Shown piece by piece: positions 1 through 13,500 of a stretch of 64,000 bases of DNA. The notes under the pieces are model-generated. The model was not told the DNA's origin and searched no databases. It saw nothing but the letters and a program-made list of their open reading frames with translations. Source of the DNA: Auanema rhodensis (lineage: Eukaryota; Animalia; Nematoda); assembly GCA_964057225.1 (NCBI GenBank), contig OZ059894.1, positions 19,034,001-19,098,000 of the forward strand, written 5' to 3'. The stretch's first letter is position 1. Each line of letters opens with the position of its first letter. The position numbers were made by a program, and so were the translations under genes.

Positions 1-3000
1 TCAATACAAAAATTAGTTATGATCAATTGAAAAATGATGCATTAGTGTATGTTGAGTTTCCATGTACACTCAACATTGCTTCCAAAAACATTTTGACAAA
101 AATTTTTTCGAAAAATTTCAGAATAATTTAGCAAAAAGTAGATGTTTTTAGATTCCTTTTTTTAAGGCAAAGACGATGGACAATGTTATTCAACGGAAAA
201 ATTAATTCTTCAGGGTGAAAATCGAGGATATAAGTGTGAACTTATATCAGTTGATATCTCGGTGCATTTTTAAGCTAGCGCAAATCTGATAACACAGATC
301 GACGCAGCTTAAAAATCCGCATCGAATGCACTATACTACATTGAGAAACGCTTAATACAAAAATTAGTTATGATCGTTTGAAAAATGATGCATTATTGTA
401 TGTTGAGTTTCCATGTACACTCAACATTGCTTCCAAAAACATTTTGACAAAAATTTTTTCAAAAAATTTCAAAATAAATTAGCAAAAAGTAGATGTTTTT
501 AGATTCCTTTTTTCAAGGCAAAGACGATGGACAATGTTATTCAACGAAAAAATTAATTCTTCAGGGTGAAAATCGAGGATATAAGTGTGAACTTATATCA
601 GTTGATATCTCGGTGCATTTTTAAGCTAGCGCAAATCTGATAACACAGATCGACGCAGCTTAAAAATCCGCATCGAATGCACTATACTACATTGAGAAAC
701 GCTCAATACAAAAATTAGTTATGATCGTTTGAAAAATGATGCATTAGTGTATGTTGAGTTTCCATGTACACTCAACATTGCTTCCAAAAACATTTTGACA
801 AAAATTTTTTCGAAAAATTTCAGAATAATTTAGCAAAAAGTAGATGTTTTTAGATTCCTTTTTTTAAGGCAAAGACGATGGACAATGTTATTCTACGAAA
901 AAATTAATTCTTCAGGGTGAAAATCGAGGATATAAGTGTGAACTTATATCAGTTGATATCTCGGTGCATTTTTAAGCTAACTCAAATCTGATAACACAGA
1001 TCGACGCAGCTTAAAAATCCGCATCGAATGCACTATACTACATTGAGAAACGCTCAATACAAAAATTAGTTATGATCGTTTGAAAAATGATGCATTAGTG
1101 TATGTTGAGTTTCCATGTACACTCAACATTGCTTCCAAAATATTTTGACAAAAATTTTTTCAAAAAATTTCAAAATAAAATAGCAAAAAGTAGATGTTTT
1201 TAGATTCCTTTTTTCAAGGCAAAGACGATGGACAATGTTATTCAACGAAAAAAATAATTCTTCAGGGTGAAAATCGAGGATATAAGTGTGAACTTATATC
1301 AGTTGATATCTCGGTGCATTTTTAAGCTAGCGCAAATCTGATAACACAGATCGACGCAGCTTAAAAATCCGCATCGAATGCACTATACTACATTGAGAAA
1401 CGCTTAATACAAAAATTAGTTATGATCGTTTGAAAAATGATGCATTAGTGTATGTTGAGTTTCCATGTACACTCAACATTGCTTCCAAAAACATTTTGAC
1501 AAAAATTTTTTCGAAAAATTTCAGAATAATTTAGCAAAAAGTAGATGTTTTTAGATTCCTTTTTTTAAGGCAAAGACGATGGACAATGTTATTCATCGAA
1601 AAAATTAATTCTTCAGGGTGAAAATCGAGGATATAAGTGTGAACTTATATCAGTTGATATCTCGGTGCATTTTTAAGCTAGCGCAAATCTGATAACACAG
1701 ATCGACGCAGCTTAAAAATCCGCATCGAATGCACTATACTACATTGAGAAACGCTTAATACAAAAATTAGTTATGATCGTTTGAAAAATGATGCATTAGT
1801 GTATGTTGAGTTTCCATGTACACTCAACATTGCTTCCAAAAACATTTTGACAAAAATTTTTTCAAAAAATTTCAAGATAAATTAGCAAAAAGTAGATGTT
1901 TTTAGATTCCTTTTTTCAAGGCAAAGACGATGGACATTGTTATTCAACGAAAAAATTAATTCTTCAGGGTGAAAATCGAGGATATAAGTGTGAACTTATA
2001 TCAGTTGATATCTCGGTGCATTTTTAAGCTAGCGCAAATCTGATAACACAGATCGACGCAGCTTAAAAATCCGCATCGAATGCACTATACTACATTTAGA
2101 AACGCTTAATACAAAAATTAGTTATGATCGTTTGAAAAATGATGCATTAGTGTATGTTGAGTTTCCATGTACACTCAACATTGCTTCCAAAAACATTTTG
2201 ACAAAAATTTTTTCAAAAAATTTCAAAATAAATTAGCAAAAAGTAGATGTTTTTAGATTCCTTTTTTCAAGGCAAAGACGATGGACAATGTTATTCAACG
2301 AAAAAATTAATTCTTCAGGGTGAAAATCGAAGATATAAGTGTGAACTTATATCAGTTGATATCTCGGTGCATTTTTAAGCTAGCGCAAATCTGATAACAC
2401 AGATCGACGCAGCTTAAAAATCCGCATCGAATGCATTATACTACATTGAGAAACGCTTAATACAAAAATTAGTTATGATCGTTTGAAGAATGATGCATTA
2501 GTGTATGTTGAGTTTCCATGTACACTCAACATTGCTTCCAAAAACATTTTGACAAAAATTTTTTCAAAAAATTTCAAAATAAATTAGCAAAAAGTAGATG
2601 TTTTTAGATTCCTTTTTTCAAGGCAAAGACGATGGACAATGTTATTCAACGAAAAAATTAATTCTTCAGAGTGAAAATCGAGGATATAAGTGTGAACTTA
2701 TATCAGTTGATATCTCGGTGCATTTTTAAGCTAGCGCAAATCTGATAACACAGATCGACGCAGCTTAAAAATCCGCATCGAATGCACTATACTACATTGA
2801 AAAACGCTTAATACAAAAATTAGTTATGATCGTTTGAAAAATGATCCATTAGTGTATGTTGAGTTTCCATGTACACTCAACATTGCTTCCAAAAACATTT
2901 TGACAAAAATTTTTTCGAAAAATTTCAAAATAAATTAGCAAAAAGTAGATGTTTTTAGATTCCTTTTTTCAAGGCAAAGACGATGGACAATGTTATTCAA

Positions 3001-6000
3001 CGAAAAAATTAATTCTTCAGGGTGAAAATCGAGGATATAAGTGTGAACTTATATCAGTTGATATCTCGGTGCATTTTTAAGCTAGCGCAAATCTGATAAC
3101 ACAGATCGACGCAGCTTAAAAATCCGCATCGAATGCACTATACTACATTAAGAAACGCTTAATACAAAAATTAGTTATGATCGTTTGAAAAATGATGCAT
3201 TAGTGTATGTTGAGTTTCCATGTACACTCAACATTGCTTCCAAAAACATTTTGACAAAAATTTTTTCGAAAAATTTCAAAATAATTTAGCAAAAAGTAGA
3301 TGTTTTTAGATTCCATTTTTCAAGGCAAAGACGATGGACAATGTTATTCAACGAAAAAATTAATTCTTCAGGGTGAAAATCGAGGATATAAGTGTGAACT
3401 TATATCAGTTGATATCTCGGTGCATTTTTAAGCTAGCGCAAATCTGATAACACAGATCGACGCAGCTTAAAAATCCGCATCGAATGCACTATACTACATT
3501 AAGAAACGCTTAATACAAAAATTAGTTATGATCGTTTGAAAAATGATGCATTAGTGTATGTTGAGTTTCCATGTACACTCAACATTGCTTCCAAAAACAT
3601 TTTGACAAAAATTTTTTCGAAAAATTTCAAAATAATTTAGCAAAAAGTAGATGTTTTTAGATTCCATTTTTCAAGGCAAAGACGATGGACAATGTTATTC
3701 AACGAAAAAATTAATTCTTCAGGGTGAAAATCGAGGATATAAGTGTGAACTTATATCAGTTGATATCTCGGTGCATTTTTAAGCTAGCGCAAATCTGATA
3801 ACACAGATCGACGCAGCTTAAAAATCCGCATCGAATGCACTATACTACATTAAGAAACGCTTAATACAAAAATTAGTTATGATCGTTTGAAAAATGATGC
3901 ATTAGTGTATGTTGAGTTTCCATGTACACTCAACATTGCTTCCAAAAACATTTTGACAAAAATTTTTTCGAAAAATTTCAAAATAATTTAGCAAAAAGTA
4001 GATGTTTTTAGATAGATTCCATTTTTCAAGGCAAAGACGATGGACAATGTTATTCAACGAAAAAATTAATTCTTCAGGGTGAAAATCGAGGATATAAGTG
4101 TGAACTTATATCAGTTGATATCTCGGTGCATTTTTAAGCTAGCGCAAATCTGATAACACAGATCGACGCAGCTTAAAAATCCGCATCGAATGCACTATAC
4201 TACATTGAGAAACGCTTAATACAAAAATTAGTTATGATCGTTTGTAAAATGATGCATTAGTGTATGTTGAGTTTCCATGTACACTCAACATTGCTTCCAA
4301 AAACATTTTGACAAAAATTTTTTCGAAAAATTTCGAATTAATTTAGCAAAAAGTAGATGTTTTTAGATTTCATTTTTTAAGGCAAAGACGATGGACAATG
4401 TTATTCAACGAAAAAATTAATTCTTCAGGGTGAAAATCGAGGATATAAGTGTGAACTTATATCAGTTGATATCTCGGTGCATTTTTAAGCTAGCGCAAAT
4501 CTGATAACACAGATCGACGCAGCTTAAAAATCCGCATCAAATGCACTATACTACATTGAGAAACGCTTAATACAAAAATTAGTTATGATCGTTTGTAAAA
4601 TGATGCATTAGTGTATGTTGAGTTTCCATGTACACTCAACATTGCTTCCAAAAACATTTTGACAAAAATTTTTTCGAAAAATTTCGAATTAATTTAGCAA
4701 AAAGTAGATGTTTTTAGATTTCATTTTTTAAGGCAAAGACGATGGACAATGTTATTCAACGAAAAAATTAATTCTTCAGGGTGAAAATCGAGGATATAAG
4801 TGTGAACTTATATCAGTTGATATCTCGGTGCATTTTTAAGCTAGCGCAAATCTGATAACACAGATCGACGCAGCTTAAAAATCCGCATCGAATGCACTAT
4901 ACTACATTGAGAAACGCTTAATACAAAAATTAGTTATGATCGTTTGAAAAATGATCCATTAGTGTATGTTGAGTTTCCATGTACACTCAACATTGCTTCC
5001 AAAAACATTTTGACAAAAATTTTCTCAAAAAATTTCAAAATAAATTAGCAAAAAGTAGATGTTTTTGGATTCCTTTTTTCAAGGCAAAGACGATGGACAA
5101 TGTTATTCAACGAAAAAATTAATTCTTCAGGGTGAAAATCGAGGATATAAGTGTGAACTTATATCAGTTGATATCTCGGTGCATTTTTAAGCTAGCGCAA
5201 ATCTGATAACACAGATCGACGCAGCTTAAAAATCCGCATCGAATGCACTATACTACATTGAGAAACGCTTAATACAAAAATTAGTTATGATCGTTTGAAA
5301 AATGATGCATTAGTGTATGATGAGTTTCCATGTACACTCAACATTGCTTCCAAAAACATTTTGACAAAAATTTTTTCGAAAAATTTCAAAATAATTCAGC
5401 AAAAAGTAGATGTTTTTAGATTCCTTTTTTCAAGGCAAAGACGATGGACAATGTTATTCAACGAAAAAATTAATTCTTCAGGGTGAAAATCGAGGATATA
5501 AGTGTGAACTTATATCAGTTGATATCTCGGTGCATTTTTAAGCTAGCGCAAATCTGATAACACAGATCGACGCAGCTTAAAAATCCGCATCGAATGCACT
5601 ATACTACATTGAGAAACGCTTAATACAAAAATTAGTTATGATCGTTTGAAAAATGATGCATTAGTGTATGATGAGTTTCCATGTACACTCAACATTGCTT
5701 CCAAAAACATTTTGACAAAAATTTTTTCGAAAAATTTCAAAATAATTCAGCAAAAAGTAGATGTTTTTAGATTCCTTTTTTCAAGGCAAAGACGATGGAC
5801 AATGTTATTCAACGAAAAAATTAATTCTTCAGGGTGAAAATCGAGGATATAAGTGTGAACTTATATCAGTTGATATCTCGGTGCATTTTTAAGCTAGCGC
5901 AAATCTGATAACACAGATCGACGCAGCTTACAAATCCGCATCGAATGCACTATACTACATTGAGAAACGCTTAATACAAAAATTAGTTATGATCGTTTGA

Positions 6001-9000
6001 AAAATGATGCATTAGTGTATGATGAGTTTCCATGTACACTCAACATTGCTTCCAAAAACATTTTGACAAAAATTTTTTCGAAAAATTTCAAAATAAATTA
6101 GCAAAAAGTAAATGTTTTTAGATTCCTTTTTTCAAGGCAAAGACGATGGACAATGTTATTCAACAAAAAAATTAATTCTTCAGGGTGAAAATCGAGGATA
6201 TAAGTGTGAACTTAAATCAGTTGATATCTCGGTGCATTTTTAAGCTAGCGCAAATCTGATAACACAGATCGACGCAGCTTAAAAATCCGCATCGAATGCA
6301 CTATACTACATTGAGAAACGCTTAATACAAAAATTAGTTATGATCGTTTGAAAAATGATCCATTAGTGTATGTTGAGTTTCCATGTACACTCAACATTGC
6401 TTCCAAAAACATTTTGAAAAAAATTTTTTCGAAAAATTTCAAAATAATTTAGCAAAAAGTAGATGTTTTTAGATTCCTTTTTTCAAGGCAAAGACGATGG
6501 ACAATGTTATTCAACGAAAAAATTAATTCTTCAGGGTGAAAATCGAGGATATAAGTGTGAACTTATATCAGTTGATATCTCGGTGCATTTTTAAGCTAGC
6601 GCAAATCTGATAACACAGATCGACGCAGCTTACAAATCCGCATCGAATGCACTATACTACATTGAGAAACGCTTAATACAAAAATTAGTTATGATCGTTT
6701 GAAAAATGATGCATTAGTGTATGTTGAGTTTCCATGTACACTCAACATTGCTTCCAAAAACATTTTGACAAAAATTTTTTCGAAAAATTTCAAAATAAAC
6801 TAGCAAAAAGTAGATGTTTTTAGATTTATTTTTTCAAGGCAAAGACGATGGACAATGTTATTCAACGAAAAAATTAATTCTTCAGGGTGAAAATCGAGGA
6901 TATAAGTGTGAACTTATATCAGTTGATATCTCGGTGCATTTTTAAGCTAGCGCAAATCTGATAACACAGATCGACGCAGCTTAAAAATCCGCATCGAATG
7001 CACTATACTACATTGAGAAACGCTTAATACAAAAATTAGTTATGATCGTTTGAAAAATGATGCATTAGTGTATGTTGAGTTTCCATGTACACTCAACATT
7101 GCTTCCAAAAACATTTTGACAAAAATTTTTTCGAAAAATTTCAAAATAAATTAGCAAAAAGTAGATGTTTTTAGATTCCTTTTTTCAAGGCAAAGACGAT
7201 GGACGATGTTATTCAACGAAAAAATTAATTCTTCAGGGTGAAAATCGAGGATATAAGTGTGAACTTATATCAGTTGATATCTCGGTGCATTTTTAAGCTA
7301 GCGCAAATCTGATAACACAGATCGACGCAGCTTACAAATCCGCATCGAATGCACTATACTACATTGAGAAACGCTTAATACAAAAATTAGTTATGATCGT
7401 TTGAAAAATGATGCATTAGTGTATGTTGAGTTTCCATGTACACTCAACATTGCTTCCAAAAACATTTTGACAAAAATTTTTTCGAAAAATTTCAAAATAA
7501 TTCAGCAAAAAGTAGATGTTTTTAGATTCCTTTTTTCAAGGCAAAGACGATGGACGATGTTATTCAACGAAAAAATTAATTCTTCAGGGTGAAAATCGAG
7601 GATATAAGTGTGAACTTATATCAGTTGAAATCTCGGTGCATTTTTAAGCTAGCGCAAATCTGATAACACAGATCGACGCAGCTTAAAAATCCGCATCGAA
7701 TGCACTATACTACATTGAGAAACGCTTAATACAAAAATTAGTTATGATCGTTTGAAAAATGATGCATTAGTGTATGATGAGTTTCCATGTACACTCAACA
7801 TTGCTTCCAAAAACATTTTGACAAAAATTTTTTCGAAAAATTTCAAAATAAATTAGCAAAAAGTAGATGTTTTTAGATTCCTTTTTTCAAGGCAAAGACG
7901 ATGGACGATGTTATTCAACGAAAAAATTAATTCTTCAGGGTGAAAATCGAGGATATAAGTGTGAATTTATATCAGTTGATATCTCGGTGCATTTTTAAGC
8001 TAGCGCAAATCTGATAACACAGATCGACGCAGCTTACAAATCCGCATCGAATGCACTATACTACATTGAGAAACGCTTAATACAGAAATTAGTTATGATC
8101 GTTTGAAAAATGATCCATTAGTGTATGTTGAGTTTCCATGTACACTCAACATTGCTTCCAAAAACATTTTGACAAAAATTTTTTCGAAAAATTTCAAAAT
8201 AAATTAGCAAAAAGTAGATGTTTTTAGATTCCTTTTTTCAAGGCAAAGACGATGGACAATGTTATTCAACGAAAAAATTAATTCTCCAGGGTGAAAATCG
8301 AGGATATAAGTGTGAACTTATATCAGTTGATATCTCGGTGCATTTTTAAGCTAGCGCAAATCTGATAACACAGATCGACGCAGCTTACAAATCCGCATCG
8401 AATGCACTATACTACATTGAGAAACGCTTAATACAGAAATTAGTTATGATCGTTTGAAAAATGATCCATTAGTGTATGTTGAGTTTCCATGTACACTCAA
8501 CATTGCTTCCAAAAACATTTTGACAAAAATTTTTTCGAAAAATTTCAAAATAAATTAGCAAAAAGTAGATGTTTTTAGATTCCTTTTTTCAAGGCAAAGA
8601 CGATGGACAATGTTATTCAACGAAAAAATTAATTCTCCAGGGTGAAAATCGAGGATATAAGTGTGAACTTATATCAGTTGATATCTCGGTGCATTTTTAA
8701 GCTAGCGCAAATCTGATAACACAGATCGACGCAGCTTAAAAATCCGCATCGAATGCACTATACTACAATGAGAAACGCTTAATACAGAAATTAGTTATGA
8801 TCGTTTGAAAAATGATCCATTAGTGTATGTTGAGTTTCCATGTACACTCAACATTGCTTCCAAAAACATTTTGACAAAAATTTTTTCGAAAAATTTCAAA
8901 ATAAATTAGCAAAAAGTAGATGTTTTTAGATTCCTTTTTTCAAGGCAAAGACGATGGACAATGTTATTCAACAAAAAAATTAATTCTTCAGGGTGAAAAT

Positions 9001-10533
9001 CGAGGATATAAGTGTGAACTTATATCAGTTGATATCTCGGTGCATTTTTAAGCTAGCGCAAATCTGATAACACAGATCGACGCAGCTTAAAAATCCGCAT
9101 CGAATGCACTATACTACATTGAGAAACGCTTAATACAAAAATTAGTTATGATCGTTTGAAAAATGATCCATTAGTGTATGTTGAGTTTCCATGTACACTC
9201 AACATTGCTTCCAAAAACATTTTGACAAAAATTTTTTCGAAAAATTTCAAAATAAATTAGCAAAAAGTAGATGTTTTTAGATTTTTTTTTTCAAGGCAAA
9301 GACGATGGACAATGTTATTCAACGAAAAAATTAATTCTTCAGGGTGAAAATCGAGGATATAAGTGTGAACTTATATCAGTTGATATCTCGGTGCATTTTT
9401 AAGCTAGCGCAAATCTGATAACACAGATCGACGCAGCTTACAAATCCGCATCGAATGCACTATACTACATTGAGAAACGCTTAATACAAAAATTAGTTAT
9501 GATCGTTTGAAAAATGATGCATTAGTGTATGATGAGTTTCCATGTACACTCAACATTGCTTCCAAAAACATTTTGACAAAAATTTTTTCGAAAAATTTCA
9601 AAATAAATTAGCAAAAAGTAAATGTTTTTAGATTCCTTTTTTCAAGGCAAAGACGATGGACAATGTTATTCAACAAAAAAATTAATTCTTCAGGGTGAAA
9701 ATCGAGGATATAAGTGTGAACTTAAATCAGTTGATATCTCGGTGCATTTTTAAGCTAGCGCAAATCTGATAACACAGATCGACGCAGCTTAAAAATCCGC
9801 ATCGAATGCACTATACTACATTGAGAAACGCTTAATACAAAAATTAGTTATGATCGTTTGAAAAATGATCCATTAGTGTATGTTGAGTTTCCATGTACAC
9901 TCAACATTGCTTCCAAAAACATTTTGAAAAAAATTTTTTCGAAAAATTTCAAAATAATTTAGCAAAAAGTAGATGTTTTTAGATTCCTTTTTTCAAGGCA
10001 AAGACGATGGACAATGTTATTCAACGAAAAAATTAATTCTTCAGGGTGAAAATCGAGGATATAAGTGTGAACTTATATCAGTTGATATCTCGGTGCATTT
10101 TTAAGCTAGCGCAAATCTGATAACACAGATCGACGCAGCTTAAAAATCCGCATCGAATGCACTATACTACATTGAGAAACGCTTAATACAAAAATTAGTT
10201 ATGATCGTTTGAAAAATGATCCATTAGTGTATGTTGAGTTTCCATGTACACTCAACATTGCTTCCAAAAACATTTTGACAAAAATTTTTTCGAAAAATTT
10301 CAAAATAAATTAGCAAAAAGTAGATGTTTTTAGATTCCATTTTTCAAGGCAAAGACGATGGACAATGTTATTCAACGAAAAAATTAATTCTTCAGGGTGA
10401 AAATCGAGGATATAAGTGTGAACTTATATCAGTTGATATCTCGGTGCATTTTTAAGCTAGCGCAAATCTGATAACACAGATCGACGCAGCTTAAAAATCC
10501 GCATCGAATGCACTATACTACATTAAGAAACGC

Positions 10534-13500
10534 TTAATACAAAAATTAGTTATGATCGTTTGAAAAATGATGCATTAGTGTATGTTGAGTTTCCATGTAC
10601 ACTCAACATTGCTTCCAAAAACATTTTGACAAAAATTTTTTCGAAAAATTTCAGAATAAATTAGCAAAAAGTAGATGTTTTTAGATTCCTTTTTTCAAGG
10701 CAAAGACGATGGACAATGTTATTCAACGAAAAAATTAATTCTTCAGGGTGAAAATCGAGGATATAAGTGTGAACTTATATCAGTTGATATCTCGGTGCAT
10801 TTTTAAGCTAGCGCAAATCTGATAACACAGATCGACGCAGCTTACAAATCCGCATCGAATGCATTATACTACATTGAGAAACGCTTAATACAAAAATTAG
10901 TTATGATCGTTTGAAAAATGATGCATTAGTGTATGTTGAGTTTCCATGTACACTCAACATTGCTTCCAAAAACATTTTGACAAAAATTTTTTCGAAAAAT
11001 TTCAAAATAAATTAGCAAAAAGTAGATGTTTTTAGATTCCTTTTTTCAAGGCAAAGACGATGGACAATGTTATTCAACGAAAAAATTAATTCTTCAGGGT
11101 GAAAATCGAGGATATAAGTGTGAACTTATATCAGTTGATATCTCGGTGCATTTTTAAGCTAGCGCAAATCTGATAACACAGATCGACGCAGCTTACAAAT
11201 CCGCATCGAATGCATTATACTACATTGAGAAACGCTTAATACAAAAATTAGTTATGATCGTTTGAAAAATGATGCATTAGTGTATGTTGAGTTTCCATGT
11301 ACACTCAACATTGCTTCCAAAAACATTTTGACAAAAATTTTTTCGAAAAATTTCAAGATAAATTAGCAAAAAGTAGATGTTTTTAGATTCCATTTTTCAA
11401 GGCAAAGACGATGGACAATGTTATTCAACGAAAAAATTAATTCTTCAGGGTGAAAATCGAGGATATAAGTGTGAACTTATATCAGTTGATATCTCGGTGC
11501 ATTTTTAAGCTAGCGCAAATCTGATAACACAGATCGACGCAGCTTACAAATCCGCATCGAATGCACTATACTACATTGAGAAACGCTTAATACAAAAATT
11601 AGTTATGATCGTTTGAAAAATGATGCATTAGTGTATGTTGAGTTTCCATGTACACTCAACATTGCTTCCAAAAACATTTTGACAAAAATTTTTTCGAAAA
11701 ATTTCAAAATAATTCAGCAAAAAGTAGATGGTTTTAGATTCCTTTTTTCAAGGCAAAGACGATGGACAATGTTATTCAACGAAAAAATTAATTCTTCAGG
11801 GTGAAAATCGAGGATATAAGTGTGAACTTATATCAGTTGATATCTCGGTGCATTTTTAAGCTAGCGCAAATCTGATAACACAGATCGACGCAGCTTACAA
11901 ATCCGCATCGAATGCACTATACTACATTGAGAAACGCTTAATACAAAAATTAGTTATGATCGTTTGAAAAATGATCCATTAGTGTATGTTGAGTTTCCAT
12001 GTACACTCAACATTGCTTCCAAAAACATTTTGAAAAAAATTTTTTCGAAAAATTTCAAAATAAATTAGCAAAAAGTAGATGTTTTTAGATTCCTTTTTTC
12101 AAGGCAAAGACGATGGACAATGTTATTCAACGAAAAAATTAATTCTTCAGGGTGAAAATCGAGGATATAAGTGTGAACTTATATCAGTTGATATCTCGGT
12201 GCATTTTTAAGCTAGCGCAAATCTGATAACACAGATCGACGCAGCTTGAAAATCCGCATCGAATGCACTATACTACATTGAGAAACGCTTAATACAAAAA
12301 TTAGTTATGATCGTTTGAAAAATGATCCATTAGTGTATGTTGAGTTTCCATGTACACTCAACATTGCTTCCAAAAACATTTTGACAAAAATTTTTTCGAA
12401 AAATTTCAAAATAAATTAGCAAAAAGTAGATGTTTTTAGATTTTTTTTTTCAAGGCAAAGACGATGGACAATGTTATTCAACGAAAAAATTAATTCTTCA
12501 GGGTGAAAATCGAGGATATAAGTGTGAACTTATATCAGTTGATATCTCGGTGCATTTTTAAGCTAGCGCAAATCTGATAACACAGATCGACGCAGCTTAC
12601 AAATCCGCATCGAATGCACTATACTACATTGAAAAACGCTTAATACAAAAATTAGTTATGATCGTTTGAAAAATGATGCATTAGTGTATGTTGAGTTTCC
12701 ATGTACACTCAACATTGCTTCCAAAAACATTTTGACAAAAATTTTTTCGAAAAATTTCAAAATAAATTAGCAAAAAGTAGATGTTTTTAGATTCCTTTTT
12801 TCAAGGCAAAGACGATGGACAATGTTATTCAACGAAAAAATTAATTCTTCAGGGTGAAAATCGAGGATATAAGTGTGAACTTATATCAGTTGATATCTCG
12901 GTGCATTTTTAAGCTAGCGCAAATCTGATAACACAGATCGACGCAGCTTAAAAATCCGCATCGAATGCACTATACTACATTGAGAAACGCTTAATACAAA
13001 AATTAGTTATGATCGTTTGAAAAATGATCCATTAGTGTATGTTGAGTTTCCATGTACACTCAACATTGCTTCCAAAAACATTTTGAAAAAAATTTTTTCG
13101 AAAAATTTCAAAATAAATTAGCAAAAAGTAGATGTTTTTAGATTCCTTTTTTCAAGGCAAAGACGATGGACAATGTTATTCAACGAAAAAATTAATTCTT
13201 CAGGGTGAAAATCGAGGATATAAGTGTGAACTTATATCAGTTGATATCTCGGTGCATTTTTAAGCTAGCGCAAATCTGATAACACAGATCGACGCAGCTT
13301 ACAAATCCGCATCGAATGCACTATACTACATTGAGAAACGCTTAATACAGAAATTAGTTATGATCGTTTGAAAAATGATGCATTAGTGTATGTTGAGTTT
13401 CCATGTACACTCAACATTGCTTCCAAAAACATTTTGACAAAAATTTTTTCGAAAAATTTCAAAATAAATTAGCAAAAAGTAGATGTTTTTAGATTCCTTT

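Noticed and set aside
1-351. Monomer as a dimer of ~175-bp subunits, or as a tRNA/5S/snRNA gene repeat
   Set aside because: No internal half-to-half similarity is visible by eye, and there is no cloverleaf, Pol III A/B box or recognisable structural RNA sequence. A covariance-model search was not run.
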